Shown piece after piece: positions 1-14,476 of a stretch of DNA of 64,000 nt (positions are counted from its first letter, which is position 1; the number at the start of each line of letters is the position of its first letter). The translations under genes and the position numbers were made by a program. Origin of the DNA: Octopus bimaculoides (taxonomy: Eukaryota); assembly GCF_001194135.2 (NCBI RefSeq), contig NC_068981.1:2202665-2266664 (forward strand), in the 5' to 3' direction. The notes beneath the pieces were generated by a model. It was given only the letters and a program-made list of their open reading frames with translations, was not told where the DNA came from and ran no database searches.

Positions 1-41
<41 letters not shown>

Positions 42-1129
42 TACATATATATTATACACACAGGACAGCTACGGCTACATAGTCAATTTCTCACTGAGCC
101 ATGCGTGCCTAGTTTGTGGGTTATCACTGATAGATTACTTACTGTCATGGGCCGTAGTCTGAATTGACTAGAACAACTCACCACCACCAACACCATCATC
201 AACATCATCATCATCATCATCAATAACACACACAATCTTTGAAAAAGTACAAAAACATCAAAGTGCTTTAGGGAAATACTCAAGCGTTTGTAAGTATTCC
301 TACAAGAAGAGAACTCATTTGTCTGATACAGAGATTAAAATAAATAGATAAATAAATAATAATAATAATAATAATAATAATAATCATTAATTAGGTGATC
401 ATTCAGGTATTTGAGTTTTAATTTGATTTGGGGAAATCTTTAAAAAAAAAAATTAAAAAAAAAACCCCCAGAAAATGCTGAAGTTAAAGCTAAAAGAAAT
501 CAAAGTCGTTTGTGAAAAGTAACAATTTAAGTCCTTCACAAAACTGACCTTGATGCTGCTGGTTTGCAAGGATCGCCTCTAAATATCTCAAAAAAGAGGG
601 ACGTTTTGTCAAAGCACTAGATTCTAAAATTGCAAATATCTTGACATCATGCATTAATTTACATTAACTGATTCTAAAACTGAAGATATTTCATTTCATT
701 CAATGCATGGAGAGAAAAATCATAATACTAGGCCCTTAGTCAATAGATATCTTTATACTGAACGTTTGCAAGTCTAAGACCTTTTGTTTGTTTTCGTTTT
801 GCATTTTTTTTCTTTTTACTTAACGAGGCAAATTAATTAAGTACAATATTTAACTATTCTAAGTTTCTTCTATCTATAAATGTCGTTTAACATTCATCTG
901 AACTATTGATTAAAATATGCTTTAGTTCTTTTTGTTTGTATTTTTGGTTTTTTTTTTTTTTTTTTTTGTTGCACTAACAGAATCCAAAACGTTATGAAGC
1001 CCTGCCAATATAAGAATCAACATCACAATAGACTTTTTAACTTCGTAAGAACCATTGGCATAGTTATCTACAAACATATCAAGATATATCTGAATGCATA
1101 CAAGTCCTGCAAAACAAACAAAAAATCAA

Positions 1130-1169
<40 letters not shown>

Positions 1170-1479
1170 GTAATAATAATAATAATATTTATAAAAGGCT
1201 GGGCAGAGAGAACATCAATTTCTTTCTAAATCTACATGATCCAACTGATGTGATTCATCAGTGTGTTGTCATGTAAAACCAATCATTAGAAGTGACATAA
1301 GAAAAACCAGCTGTTTCAGAGCTGGACTGCAGATCGACCATAGAATGACACAGCTCACAGAAGAATTCGATAAGTAACAAAGAACACTTTACATTCCATG
1401 GTCATAGTCAGCATATATATTCACATACAAAAATAGCACTTATTTCAGCAAATATTTTGACGACAATCTCCCGTTTGCA

Positions 1480-2075
1480 AGCATTATATTCATAGAAAAG
1501 TTTTATTGATATTTGAAATAATTGTCCATAAATACAGCAATGTGATGATCTACTGGATCACCAGACACAGAATTCAGCTGAAAGGCCACCAATGTTTGCT
1601 CTGCCATGGTAGCCTTTAGCCTTCTTCCATTTCAACTTCTTCCTCACAGCCCAAAGTTCACCCATCTTTAAAAAAAAAAAAAAAAGTTTGAGTGAACACA
1701 TATAGTTCACAACCATCAGTTGGTTGAACAGAAGAAAAAAAAATACATTTTTCTCATTTTTTTTTTCCCCCTTTTTTCTTTCNNNNNNNNNNTTTTGCAT
1801 ATTTCAGTAGATGCAGTTATTTATCTTCAAAAATGTTTACAAATTCTCATAGTTGTAATAATCTGCTTCTACCAATATTTCAATCAAGCACATATCACTA
1901 CTGCAGAAAGCCCCATGGCAGATGTCCTGTTTGGCAGTCCAGCAATCAATTTTTCTCTTCTTTCTTAACCAACCCATCACATCAAAACCCACAACCCTTG
2001 CCCCCCATTTCTTTCCTTTACCCAAGAACATCATGGCTTCAGTAAAAAATGTCCATACAGTCTCCAATAAAATTC
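1480..2075 (-). other. Probable 3' UTR of the ZNRF gene (may extend further toward position 1)
   Basis: Non-coding sequence after the stop, largely free of interspersed repeats, with U/A tracts. Confidence 0.55.
1502..1507 (-). promoter_or_regulatory. Candidate polyadenylation signal AATAAA
   Basis: tttatt on + strand about 570 nt after the stop, followed on the minus strand by a GU/U-rich stretch (gtgctatttttgtatgtg). Confidence 0.4.
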
Positions 2076-2133
2076 TCAATCAGAGGGGTGCTCTGGGCAG
2101 GAACGATTCACTTCAAACCACCTATCAATGCAC
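2076..2133 (-). CDS. ZNRF1/2: ZNRF1/2-like last coding exon: (M)CIDRWFEVNRSCPEHPSD*
   Basis: Long U-rich tract plus cag acceptor at 2134-2170; G TGC ATT GAT AGG TGG TTT GAA GTG AAT CGT TCC TGC CCA GAG CAC CCC TCT GAT TGA. Matches recalled ZNRF1 C-terminus CIDSWFEVNRSCPEHPAD. Confidence 0.97.
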
Positions 2134-3497
2134 CTGATAAAAAAACAAAACAAACAAAAGCAAATAAATATAATTACATATTTTAAACAAAACTCATGAC
2201 AATTACTTGTTATACTTGTTAGATAATAAAACATCTTTCAGAAATGAAGCATAACCATTAGGGGACAAGAGGGTAGAACTGTCAGGCTGTGAATTTTGGG
2301 CAAGAAAGGGGGGGGGGGAGCTGATCTATTCAAAACACACTTTCAGTTGCTTTACTTCTTTTTTTTCCATTGAACACACACACAAACATTCACACGACTC
2401 CCTTTTACATACACACACATATTCTCAGAGTTAAAATGCTGTTTGATTTTTTTTTTCAGCATTGAGTGCTCACCATCCTACTTCCATTGCACGCACGCAC
2501 ACACACAGAGTCGAAACGCTGTTTGATTTTTTTTTCTTCACCACAGAATTTCCATCATCCCACTAACAAGTTTGCAATCACCCCCTTCCTTTCTCATTCA
2601 TATGTTCTGACGGAGAAAAACACAAGAGTATTATTATAGTAGATAAAATGGTGAGCTGGTTGAAATGTTAGCACACAAGACAGAAGTATTTTTGTCCATT
2701 CTGTATTTTTACATATCTTTACATTCTGTGTTCAAATGCCGCCAAGCTTGACTTTGCCTTGAATTCTTCTGGGGTTGATAAAATAAAGTACCCAGTTACA
2801 AACTGGGATCAAAGGCAGTGGCTGGCCCCTTTTCCCAACACTTCTTGTGCCTACAGCAGAATAGATATTTGTAACAAGAAACGGCTTCGATGCTTTTAAA
2901 CATTGCCAAATTGCTGGATTGCTATTGGAGAAAATGGTGAAGACCGTCACGGATTGAAAGAAGAAATGTGTTTACGACTGCTACAGCCTTTAGTAAGGCA
3001 CAGATTATTGGATTTAAGGGAATAAAGATTAATGATAATAGGGTTCTGTTAGTTAAATAGGAAAGCGAGAGAAGATCATTGAATATCAGAGAGATAGTGT
3101 GGAAGTGGGGAGACGGCGGGGAGGTAGAGACTGAGAAAGGTACAGCTGTCACATGAACAAATATATATATATATATATATTCTAATCATTAATCAAAATA
3201 AATTACAGCCATAACTCACAGAAAACAAGTTTGACGAGATTGCTCTTCTACATTTTGCCAAAGATTTCATCAAGATCAAACAGAGTAGGTTTAGCAGTCT
3301 TGCTATAGTTACATAGAGCTTAAGACTATCTCCCAGTCACGTGGGAAATTGTTAGCCAACAGATCTAAGTTTATACTCTCGGATGCGATATGGCTGCTAC
3401 TTAGATTCTGTGCGAGAAAATTATGCAGAGTTTCATTCAGAAGCATGTACGTCATATGTGTATTGAGTGGGTGTATATGAAAATGTGGTCTGCTAGA

Positions 3498-3529
<32 letters not shown>

Positions 3530-5705
3530 AAGTGTGTGTGTGTGCTCGCACATGAAAATACAAAGATGAGTATGGATGCCTAGGTATGCCGAGGTGAGTG
3601 AGTGATAGGGTGCACATGTGACAGTGTGTGTGTGTGTGAATGGGACAGAAAATCTGCATGCTTCCAAAAGAAGTTTACGTTCACATTACATCAATGAGTG
3701 ATAAATGTTAGTTATATGACGGCTATAATACGTCACTCATTATTATTATCATTCTCATTACTGCCATTATTAAGGAAGCAAAATGGTGGAATCATTAGCA
3801 TGCCAGACAATATGCTTCGTAGTATTCCATTCTTCTTCATATTCTGAGTTCAAATCCTGAGGTCATTGTAATCAACTACCCCCACCACCACCACACCAAA
3901 TTTCAGGCCTTGTGCCTATAATGAAAAGGATTAACTTCAGCATTTCAAAGCTGGTTTCAGTCGGGTGAACCTCAGAAAGGAGATGACAAAGGTATGCATC
4001 AAGTGATGAGACGGTCTGTTAAAAAAGAACCCCCCAATTTGCCAGTTCTCTGTTGAACCGTCCAACCCATGCCAGCATGGAAAGTGGACATTAAACAATG
4101 ATGAGGATCTCTTGTACATAAAAATCCCACCACAAATAGTTTAGTTATGCACTACTTGTATGATGAGAGGACTTGGCATCCAAGCCAGTCAAGCACTACT
4201 TAGATGAATGAAAACCTGGAAAACACCCTTCAATGGGGACATGACAGTTTAGTAAACTGGCACACAAGTCACTTCTCTTGGTTTCACCCCCTCACAGAAT
4301 TGAGAGGCCTTTGGCTTGCAAGCTACTTGGATATCCCAATAGTGTTGGTGCCACATAAAAAGTATCTATGCTGGTACCATGTAAAAAGCATCCAGAACAC
4401 TCTGTAAAGTGGTTGGCATGAGGAGCCTGGTGCAGCTCTCTCGTTTGCCAGCTCCTGTCAAATCATCCAACTCCTGCTTATTCATCATCATCATCATCAT
4501 CATTTAATGTCTGCTTTCCATGCTGGCATGGGTTAGACAGCTTGACTGAGGACTGGCAAGCCAGTAGGCTGCACCAGGCTCCAATATGATCTGGGAAGGT
4601 TTCTACAGCTGGATGCCCTTCCTAACACCAACCACTCCAAGAGTGAAGTGGGTGCTTTTTATGTGCCACCAGCATGAGAGCCAGTCGAGCAACACTGGCA
4701 TTGACCACATAGGGATGGTGCCTTTTACGTGGCACAGCACAGGAGCCAGTCAGGGGGCACTGGCATCGACTACGTTTGGATGGTGCTTTTTACGTACCAC
4801 CGCCCTGGGGAGCCAGTCAGGTGGCACTCAGCATGGAAAATGGACAGTAAATAATGACGATGATGATGATGATAGATGTAAGTGAAGCAGTGTTGTTAAG
4901 AGGTTTGTTTCTCAACCATATGGTTTCGGAACCAGTTCCACTACATGGCTCCCTGGTGAAGTGTCTACTAAAACCTGGACTGACCAAAAGCCTTGTGAGT
5001 GGATTTGGTAGGGGGGAAACAAAGAAAATCATTGTGTGTGTGTGTGTGTGAGAATGAGTGAGTGTATGTGTGTCTCTTAATAATTGTAATGTATATTAGT
5101 TGTAAATGAGTTTCACAATCAAGCAGTGTCAGTCATTTCCAATATTTTGCAAAAATATGTTTGGCCACAAGTAAATATTACCTTACTAGGAAACAGGCGA
5201 GGGTTGGTGACAGTAAGGTCATCCCAGCCATAGAAAGTCTACCTCGATAAACTCCATCCAACACATGCAAACATTGAAAATTGGGTGTTAAAGCGAAGAC
5301 GATGATAACCAAGTCACAAGCACTATAACCTCATCATCATCATTGTTTAACGTCTGCCTTCCATGCTGGCATGGGTTGGACGATTTGGAGATTTTTTACA
5401 TAAAAGAAAATGAACAAAACGTATTTGTAGTAAAACTTAACACCTTGTGAAAGAAATATACTAAGGGAAAAAAAAAGTGGGTTAACACTTTTATATAATC
5501 AAGTTTTACAACTGGTATATGGTTGAGTTTACAATGAAAGGAACATGTGATGAACCAAGAACTTCATCTTGTAAACGAGCAAGGCTTAGGCTCTTCGCAG
5601 TTGAGGAAATTATTGATGATATTCTTTGGGAAAAGTTTACACTCACACAATGAAACTGGTGAAAGTGATGAGGAAAGTAGCAATTCAGTTAAACAAATAT
5701 GGTCA

Positions 5706-6265
5706 TTAAGCCTTTCGTTACCAACCCGGCTGAAACCAGTTCTGGCTCTGAGTACAAATGTCTTGTTTTCATGAGTTTTAAATTAAAATCTTCCACCAAA
5801 CCTTAGTCACAATTTATGTTCCTAACACTAGCTGAATGATAACCAAGTTATTTTACTAAATTCTTTGTTATATTTAAAATAATTGAAAGAAACACAGAAC
5901 ATCTCAACAGAAATATGGTAACAAAAGGGTTAAGATATATAATAGAGAAACAATTCTTAACCCTTTTGATACCAACCTGGCTGAAACCAGTTCTGGCTCT
6001 GTAGTACAAATATCTTGTTTTCATAAGTTTTGAATTANNNNNNNNNNGTTACCAACCCGGCTGAAACCAGTTCTGGCTCTGAGTACAAATGTCTTGTTTT
6101 CATGAGTTTTAAATTAAAATCTTCCACCAAACCTTAGTCACAATTTATGTTCCTAACACTAGCTGAATGAGAACTAAGTTATTTTACTAAATTCTTTGTT
6201 GTATTCAAAATTAATTGAAAGAAACACAGAGCATCTCAACAGAAATACAGTAACGAAAGGGTTAA
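5706..6265 (+). mobile_element. Two adjacent copies of MITE family F, the second spanning a 10-N gap
   Basis: TTAA/CCCTTT...AAAGGG/TTAA ends at 5706-5933 and 5957-6265. Confidence 0.7.
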
Positions 6266-8759
6266 GGGACAGGCTTATTATTGTTATTTTCCTGAATGTC
6301 TTTTGTGATTCTGTTCATTAGTTTGCCTGCAATTGTTACTCTTGAGCCGTATATGCAAATATTTTTTTTTTTTTGCTCAGGAGCCCAAGTCTGAGAAGAT
6401 AAATTTAGACACAGGGGGCCCAAGTCTGAGAGGGTTAAAATAATCGAAATTAAGGCTTTCCACCAAAATTGCAAGTTAATCTACAGCCCAAACATCAGCT
6501 TAATAATGACAAAGTTTACTAAATTTTTTCAGTATTTTTAAAACTAACTGAAACAAAGGCAGTATATTTCAACAGAAATATGGGGACAAATAATGGAATT
6601 ACTGAGTTAATTCTAAACAAATCTATTTCTGTAATTCCAGCCAAGTATTTCAGCGTTCCTAAAATTGAAAATTATTTTCTGGTTTGCTACAAATTCTTTA
6701 TCTTGTTGATAAAAATGGCTGTTAAGTAGACAGGTCAGAAACTAGGTTGAAACAAAAGCTCCTTCTTAGATTCATTCTTTTAACCAATCAATAAATGTCT
6801 TCATTGTTGTGCAATACTTGAGTAGCAAAGTTTAGAGTCATTGCAAGCCAACACAAATCAGTTAACAAGCACCGAGATAGAAAAGAAGAAACAGTTTAGG
6901 GCATGGATGCCTGGATTACTAATTGTAATTCTTGTAACAAAAACAAATGTTTATAATTTCTATTTAAGTTCCAATTGGAATTTGAGAGAACAAACTTTCC
7001 TTCTTTTGTTTAGTTTTGCTTTGTTTTAGTTGTTTTTCAGCCAAAATTTATTTTATTTTATTTACTAAGGCAGCTTAATAACCATGAGTCTCAAACAGAT
7101 AGTTGCAATTCTTGACAGTCAATGACTTCACCGAGTTTTATAAGTGAGCACCAATAAACCAAAAATCTTATTAATGCATGTGATTAATAAGGCACACACG
7201 TGGCTGTGTGGTAAGAAGTTTGCTTCCCAACTGCATGGTTCTTGGTTCAGTCCCACCTTGGACAAGTGTCTTCTACTATAGCCTCAGACGAACCAAAGTC
7301 TTGCAAGTGGATTTGGTAGACTGAAACTGAAAGAAGCCTGTCATATAGATATATATCAACATCTGTGTGTGTGTGTGTGTGTGTGTGTGTGGGAGAGAGA
7401 GAGACCCACTACCACTTGACAACTGGTGTCAGTGTGTTTATGTCCCTGTAACTTAACTGTTTGGCAAAAGAGAGAGAAATGAGTCAAGTACCAGGTTTTA
7501 AAAAAATCTAAGTACTCGGATCAATTTATTTGGCTAAAATACTTCAAGGTGGTGCCCCAGCATGGCCGCGGTCCAATGGACGAAACAAGCAAAAGACAAA
7601 GCTAGGCCACACATGTTCACACACAACATCAAGTACATCAATCTCACCGACTGAGGATAGCAATAACCAACCAGCTAACACACACACACACGTGCATGTG
7701 TGTGTGTGTGTGTGCATGCAATTTAACAGCAATGAGGAAGTAGCTTCCTAGTTATTGTAAAATTTGTCTTAATTACATGTAATTAAACATTAAGAGAGCT
7801 AAAACAATGACATTACTTGACAGCAAGGATGCCAATTAAAAAAGAAACAAAACGATCAGCAAAGGACCCTTTGTGGTTGGACAATCTATTAAAAATAGCA
7901 GCCAAATTTCACTCATATCACACCCAGCTGTCTTTAAAAAAATGAAGGACACATTGAATATTGCAGCCCTTGATATTGTGTCCAAATAAAAAAATAAAAA
8001 GTCAGGATGGCCATGGCTGGAATTCATTAAATCTTTAATTTGCCAGTTGAAGGTTTCTCAAAAGCAACAAATATATAATTAAAAAAAACAACTAATTTGT
8101 ACATAAATAAATGAAAATAAGATTATTCTATAAAAGCAATCGTCATTATTTGATTTTAACATTTACTTTTGTGTGTGTTAAAATAATAACACAAAGAATG
8201 TGTTACTGGTGTCACTTTATTGTTGCTTACAACAGAAGACAATATATTGTTTCAGTCATTGGACTGTGGCTATGCTTACAATAGAAGACTATACACCAGC
8301 ATCAAAATGAAATCAAATCACAATCAAATGGAAATTGTAGTTGTGGTCCCCGTGCTGGTGGCACGTAAAAAGCACCATCCTATCGTTGTTGATGCCAGCC
8401 CCCTTTTAAGTGATGATAAGCATCGGGCCTCACGGAGGCATGGTGGCTGAGTTCCTTTCAAGTGTTAGGCCTAATGGAGGCAATGACCGAGACCTTTAGC
8501 ATTTGAGAAGAAGACCCATCAAGCTAAGCAAAATTGCAGTCATGGCAGATATTGGGGTCATGCAAATGGCACCCATGCTGGTGGCACGTAAAAGCACCCA
8601 TTACACTCTGTAAAGTGGTTGGTGTTAGGAAGGGCATCCAGCTGTAGAAAATCATTCCAACTCAGACTGGAGTCTGGCGCAGCCTTCCAGCATTGGTCAA
8701 ACCGTTCAACCCAGGCCAGCATGAACAATGGACGAGGAGTAAAAGACCAGCTGTTGAAA

Positions 8760-9770
8760 TGAACAGTTCTTTAATTAAAGTGGCCATTAAAACTGTGAAG
8801 ACAAGGAAAGCAGCAGGTCCATATTCCACAGACCAGCAGGTAGCAAAGGGATGTATTGTTATACCTAATGACAGCAGTAACAATAGAGTTGTCAACTGCT
8901 ACAAGGGAAAAGGAGTTATGATTGACAGGGGAACTAAATCTGGAAGCATGGGGTTGGGAAGCAAGCATCTTACCAATATACATGTGGAAACAGGAAGGAA
9001 AAAGAAAGAAAGTCTCTGTAAATCTTTGAATAAAAGAAGGATAAAAATACTGCTTCCAAAGCTTCAAAAACCACCAAAACGAACGATAAATACACACTCG
9101 AGCAATGCAATGAATATTTTAAGAAATAGGCCTACCCTCAGGATGGAACTTGAAGATAGTTTACATACCCCAATATCAATTGATTTCATGCTATGCATGA
9201 GAAAACATGCTTTGCAATCATCAGTTGGAGATAGTAACATCTATTTCTAAAATATTAATTATGTCAAATATTTCACATTATACCTGTTTAGGTAGAAGTC
9301 TTGCTAACCACCTCATGATTACTGTTTTTAACAGTAATAATGCTTTTATATATTTGCCTTTTCTCTGTAAATGTTAGATGTGGTCCATGCTATTATATGA
9401 TGAAGAAACATGGACACTGATGAGAATTAGAATCTGAGAAACTAGAAGCTTTTGATGTGTGGACATAAAGAACAATCTTAAGAATATCTTGGACAAAACA
9501 TAAAACTAATGAAGTACTACAATTGGTAAACTTTCATCTATTAAAAAATGGAAATCAAAGTATTTTGGTCACAGTAAGAATACAGAAAGACATATTTACA
9601 AATGGTAAATATCCAAGAACAAACTGATTTGGTGACCTCAAGGACTGGACTAAAATATCATAGGGTAATCGTGTAAAAATAGCAGAGAAAAGACCCCAAA
9701 AAAGAGATCCTTGGTATTAAGACTACTATGAGTAGATGACACCTAATGATGATGATGATGATGATGATGA
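8760..9770 (+). pseudogene. RTE-clade LINE ORF2 fossil, fragmented, ending in (GAT)n
   Basis: AIKTVKTRKAAGP, IPND...VNCYKGKG..DRG, then W.MLLY..ETWT...KLEAFDVW...ILRISWT...TNEVL and KYFGH remnants. Confidence 0.7.
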
Positions 9771-10432
9771 AGACACTCTATCCACCATTTGTTGAGGGTT
9801 AATTATTAGGAAGGGCATCCAACCATAGAAAGTAAGCCAAAGTGAAACATACAAGTGAAATGCTGACCTCTGACCTCTCTAGAACAGGAAGTCTGAATAA
9901 AATGCAACTCAATCAGTCATGACCCATCTGACTCGTGTCAACATGGAAGGGCAAACAGAAGAATGACGATGACACAAATGGCTCTCCATCATTTAACAAT
10001 GAGGATTCAGTTGTTTGATCAACTAAAGTACCTGCTCCTGAATTAGCCTCTAACTGGCAGAGTATTCCACAGACACGTGTAACCTGGATGTAATTTTCAG
10101 GTAGAATCAGCCAGACACCTTTTGAATTCCAAGTACAATCAGCCTTACGAGATTCTTTACAGTTTCCGTCTACCCAGTTTCATTCGTAGGATGTGGGTCG
10201 ACTCAAGACTGTAGAAAATGACATTTGACCAAGATGCCATGCAGTGGGATTGAACTGGGGACATTGTGGTTGCAAAGTGTAATGCTTAACCATTTAGTCA
10301 TACTGCATCTATGATGATGATGATTAAATATTTGACAGCAGGCAGAGCATCAGGCTATAAAATGCTGCCTCAAATAACTCTGTTTAATATATGGAAGTAT
10401 GGAAAAGCAGATGTTAAACAAATACAATATAC

Positions 10433-10546
<114 letters not shown>

Positions 10547-11759
10547 AAGCATCATGTAATGGGTGTTGATACAAAGATATGTATAATGTTCTTTAAACTA
10601 AACATGAAACTGTTCAATAAGCAAGGACACTATCTGATATTTAAAAATCAATCTTCTTTCCCAATAAATAGATCATAAACCATTAACTGAATATCTCCAA
10701 ATCAAGCAAGATAAAGACAGACAACATTTATAGGGTAAATTATTGATATTAACTGGCAATATCTGATGAAAGCTTCATTCAAGATCTTTCTGTACTCTGT
10801 CTATATTTCAACTGTTTTACTCTAAAGTTATGTATAAATCCCTTATAAGCCAACCAGAAAGACTCTACACGGTTCCTCAACAGCCAGAAACAGCAGCCAA
10901 ATTTCCCTCAAAGCAAGCCCAGCTGCAGCAAAGAAGACATTCAGAAGGAAAGTATACCAAGTGACCTCTTACAAAGGTCATCAAAAGTCTGGCAAGAAGT
11001 TACAATCAGATGGAACCCCCCAAATCAAGCAGGGTAAATATGGTCACCCAGGCTCACCATTATCATCCTTTAACATCCACTTTTCCATGCTTACATGGGT
11101 CAGAAAGAGTTCATTTAGGCAGATTTTCCATGACCAGAAGCCCTTCCTGGTTTCCAAGCAAGTTAATATTTCCTCATACCCAGACATTTTCTCACATCAT
11201 CATCATCATCATTTAACGTCCATTGTCCATGCCGGCATGGGTTGCATGATTTGACTGGGCTGGTATGCTGGAAGGCTGTGCCAGGATCCAGTCTGATTTG
11301 GCATGGTTTTCTATGGCTAGATGTCCTTCTTAACGCCAACCACTCTGAGAGTGTAATGGGTGCTTTTACGTGCCACTGGCATGGGTACCATTTGTGTGAC
11401 ACCAGGGTGCATTTACGTGCCAATTTGTGTGAAACCAGTATCGACCACGTCTGTGGTTTTGCTCCGCTTGCTGGGGCCTCTTCTCAAGCACGACATAATG
11501 CCAAAGGTCTCAGTCGTTGCCTTTGTGAGGCCCAACACTCGAAAGAAAGTCAGTATGGTTTTAACCCATTTACATGCTATTACTTGTAGCTTTATCTGCT
11601 TCAAGATCCACAGTGTGAGATAAGAAGCTTGCTTACCAACCGCATTGTTCTGGGTTCAGTCCTACTACACCATGGGCAAGTGGCTTCTACAATAGTCTCA
11701 AACCAACCAAAGCTTTGTGAGTGGATTTGGTAGATGGAAACTGATTGAAGCCCATCATG

Positions 11760-11800
<41 letters not shown>

Positions 11801-12479
11801 GTTTGTCCCACATCACCATTTGACAACAACAAGTGTTGGAGTGTTTACACCCCCATAACTTAGCAGTTCAGCAAAAAAGACCAATAGAATATATACTAAA
11901 CTTAAAAATAAAAAATAAAAAAATAAAAAAGACTGGGATCAATTCATTCGACTAAAAATTCTCCAAGGTGGTGCTCCAGCATGGCCGCAGTCTAATGACA
12001 AACAAGTAAAAGGTAAAAAGGTGCACACACACACACACGGGCTTCTTTTAGTTTCCATCTACCAAATCCACTCACAAAGCTTTGGTCGGCCCGAGGCTAT
12101 AGTAGAAGACACTTGCCCAAGGTGCCACAGTGAGACTGAACCTGGAACCATGTGGTTGGGAAGCAGTCTTAATCACAGATAAACTCTCTAATAAAAATTT
12201 TGATTGTATCTTGTTTCTGTTTGCACATTTATTCATATTTATTTATTCATTTTTTCCTCCCATTCAAGGTGGGATAGTTTTAAGAATATGGAAATCTGCT
12301 CATTGTTCGAGCGACTGTTTTCACACCTAGATGGCTTTTCCTACCAGTAATCATTCAACTAAGACAACTTGGAACCTATTGTCAATCAAATTAACTGAGG
12401 CAGCAAGCAGATTTCTGTGGCTATTTATAGTTTTACGGTTGTTAAGTATTTATATTGGAAAGAGAAAAGACACAAAGTC

Positions 12480-13248
12480 TATAGAAATGGCTGAAGGAAA
12501 AAGGAAAAAAAGAAATAAGAGAGAAAGAGGAAGAAGAGAGAAAACGACAGAAAGGGATGAAGAGAGAAAGGGATGAAGAGAGAAAAGAGAAGAGAGAGAT
12601 AAAGAGGGATGGAGAGATAGAGACAGAAGAAGAGACAGAAATTACAGAAAAGGGGGAAAATAAGAGAAAGAGTAGAGATGGAAAGAGAAAAGATGGAGGG
12701 GAGAGAGAAGGAAAGAGAGAGAAAGGAGAAAGGCAGAAGAGAAGTAGAGAGTGAGAAAGAGAGAGAAAGAGATGAAGAGAGAAAAGAGGGAGGGAGAGAT
12801 AGAGATAGAAGAAAAGAGATAGAAGAAGAGACAGAAATTACAGAAAAGGGGGAAAATAAGAGAAAAAGTAGAGATGGAAAGAGAAAAGATGGAGGGGAGA
12901 GAGAAAGGGGAAAGGCAGAAGAGAAGTAGAGAGTGAGAAAGAGAGAGAAAGAGATGAAGAGAGAAAAGAAGGAGGGAGAGATAAAGAGGGATGGAAAGAT
13001 AGAGATAGAAGAAAAGAGATAGAAGAAGAGACAGAAATTACAGAAAAGGGGGAAAATAAGAGAAAAAGTAGAGATGGAAAGAGAAAAGATGGAGGGGAGA
13101 GAGAAAGGGGAAGGCAGAAGAGAAGTAGAGAGTGAGAAAGAGAGAGAAAGAGATGAAGAGAGAAAAGAGGGAGGGAGAGATAAAGAGGGATGGAGAGATA
13201 GAGATAGAAGAAAAGAGATAGAAGAAGAGACAGAAATTACAGAAAAGG
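12480..13248 (+). repeat. Polypurine tandem repeat, about 199-bp unit, at least 4 copies, running into an N gap
   Basis: acagaaattacagaaa recurs at about 12635, 12831, 13031 and 13230. Confidence 0.9.
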
Positions 13249-14438
13249 NNNNNNNNNNNNNNNNNNNNNNNNNNNNNNNNNNNNNNNNNNNNNNNNNNNN
13301 NNNNNNNNNNNNNNNNNNNNNNNNNNNNNNNNNNNNNNNNNNNNNNNNNNNNNNNNNNNNNNNNNNNNNNNNNNNNNNNNNNNNNNNNNNNNNNNNNNNN
13401 NNNNNNNNNNNNNNNNNNNNNNNNNNNNNNNNNNNNNNNNNNNNNNNNNNNNNNNNNNNNNNNNNNNNNNNNNNNNNNNNNNNNNNNNNNNNNNNNNNNN
13501 NNNNNNNNNNNNNNNNNNNNNNNNNNNNNNNNNNNNNNNNNNNNNNNNNNNNNNNNNNNNNNNNNNNNNNNNNNNNNNNNNNNNNNNNNNNNNNNNNNNN
13601 NNNNNNNNNNNNNNNNNNNNNNNNNNNNNNNNNNNNNNNNNNNNNNNNNNNNNNNNNNNNNNNNNNNNNNNNNNNNNNNNNNNNNNNNNNNNNNNNNNNN
13701 NNNNNNNNNNNNNNNNNNNNNNNNNNNNNNNNNNNNNNNNNNNNNNNNNNNNNNNNNNNNNNNNNNNNNNNNNNNNNNNNNNNNNNNNNNNNNNNNNNNN
13801 NNNNNNNNNNNNNNNNNNNNNNNNNNNNNNNNNNNNNNNNNNNNNNNNNNNNNNNNNNNNNNNNNNNNNNNNNNNNNNNNNNNCCCCCCCCAGTAGTTCT
13901 TTTTTGAAGCCTGGTACTTATTCAATTAATCAGTCTCTTTCGCAAACTGCCAAGAGGACGTAAACAAACCAACATCAGTTGTCAAGCAGTGGCAGGGGAC
14001 AGAAATAAGCAAAAACACTATATACATACACACACACATAATTCACTCATGGCTTTGGTTGGCATGAGGCTATAGTAAAGACATTTGCCCAAGGTGCTAT
14101 GCAACGAGACTGAAGCCAGAATCATATGGCAAGGAAGCAAGCTTCTTACCACACAGCCACACCTGCACCTGTTATCAGTATTTTACACTTTTCTTTCATG
14201 CTAGCAGAGGTTGGACAGAATCTCACAGAATCCCATTACTGATTGCGGTCATTGGCATTTGGCAGACAAAGCACCACAGAAAACCAGCCAATGTTGTTCT
14301 TGCGTATGCCTTACAGCATTTTATTGTGCCACCAGCATTACAGAAGGTTCTCTGCAGTTCTTATACAGTGTTACTCACCTACCAAGATGAGTTGTCTGTA
14401 CTGTAGCATGTGGAGTCCACACAGATACAAATACATGC

Positions 14439-14476
<38 letters not shown>

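Noticed and set aside
1558-1800. ORF ending MGELWAVRKKLKWKKAKGYHGRANIGGLSAEFCVW after a poly-T/ag acceptor-like site
   Set aside because: It lies downstream of the ZNRF stop and I recognise no protein. It is most likely 3' UTR; a UTR intron is possible but no strong donor is evident.
8693-9250. 185-aa ORF as an intact host gene
   Set aside because: Only part of it carries RTE ORF2 motifs; it is a decayed LINE fragment.
9415-9450. CTGATGA...GAAA spacing resembling a hammerhead
   Set aside because: No stem II or stem I pairing and no UH after the palindrome; it is part of the RTE coding fossil.
13038-13925. Long ORFs here and at 51227-51693 and 58151-59566
   Set aside because: Artefacts of N gaps and simple repeats.
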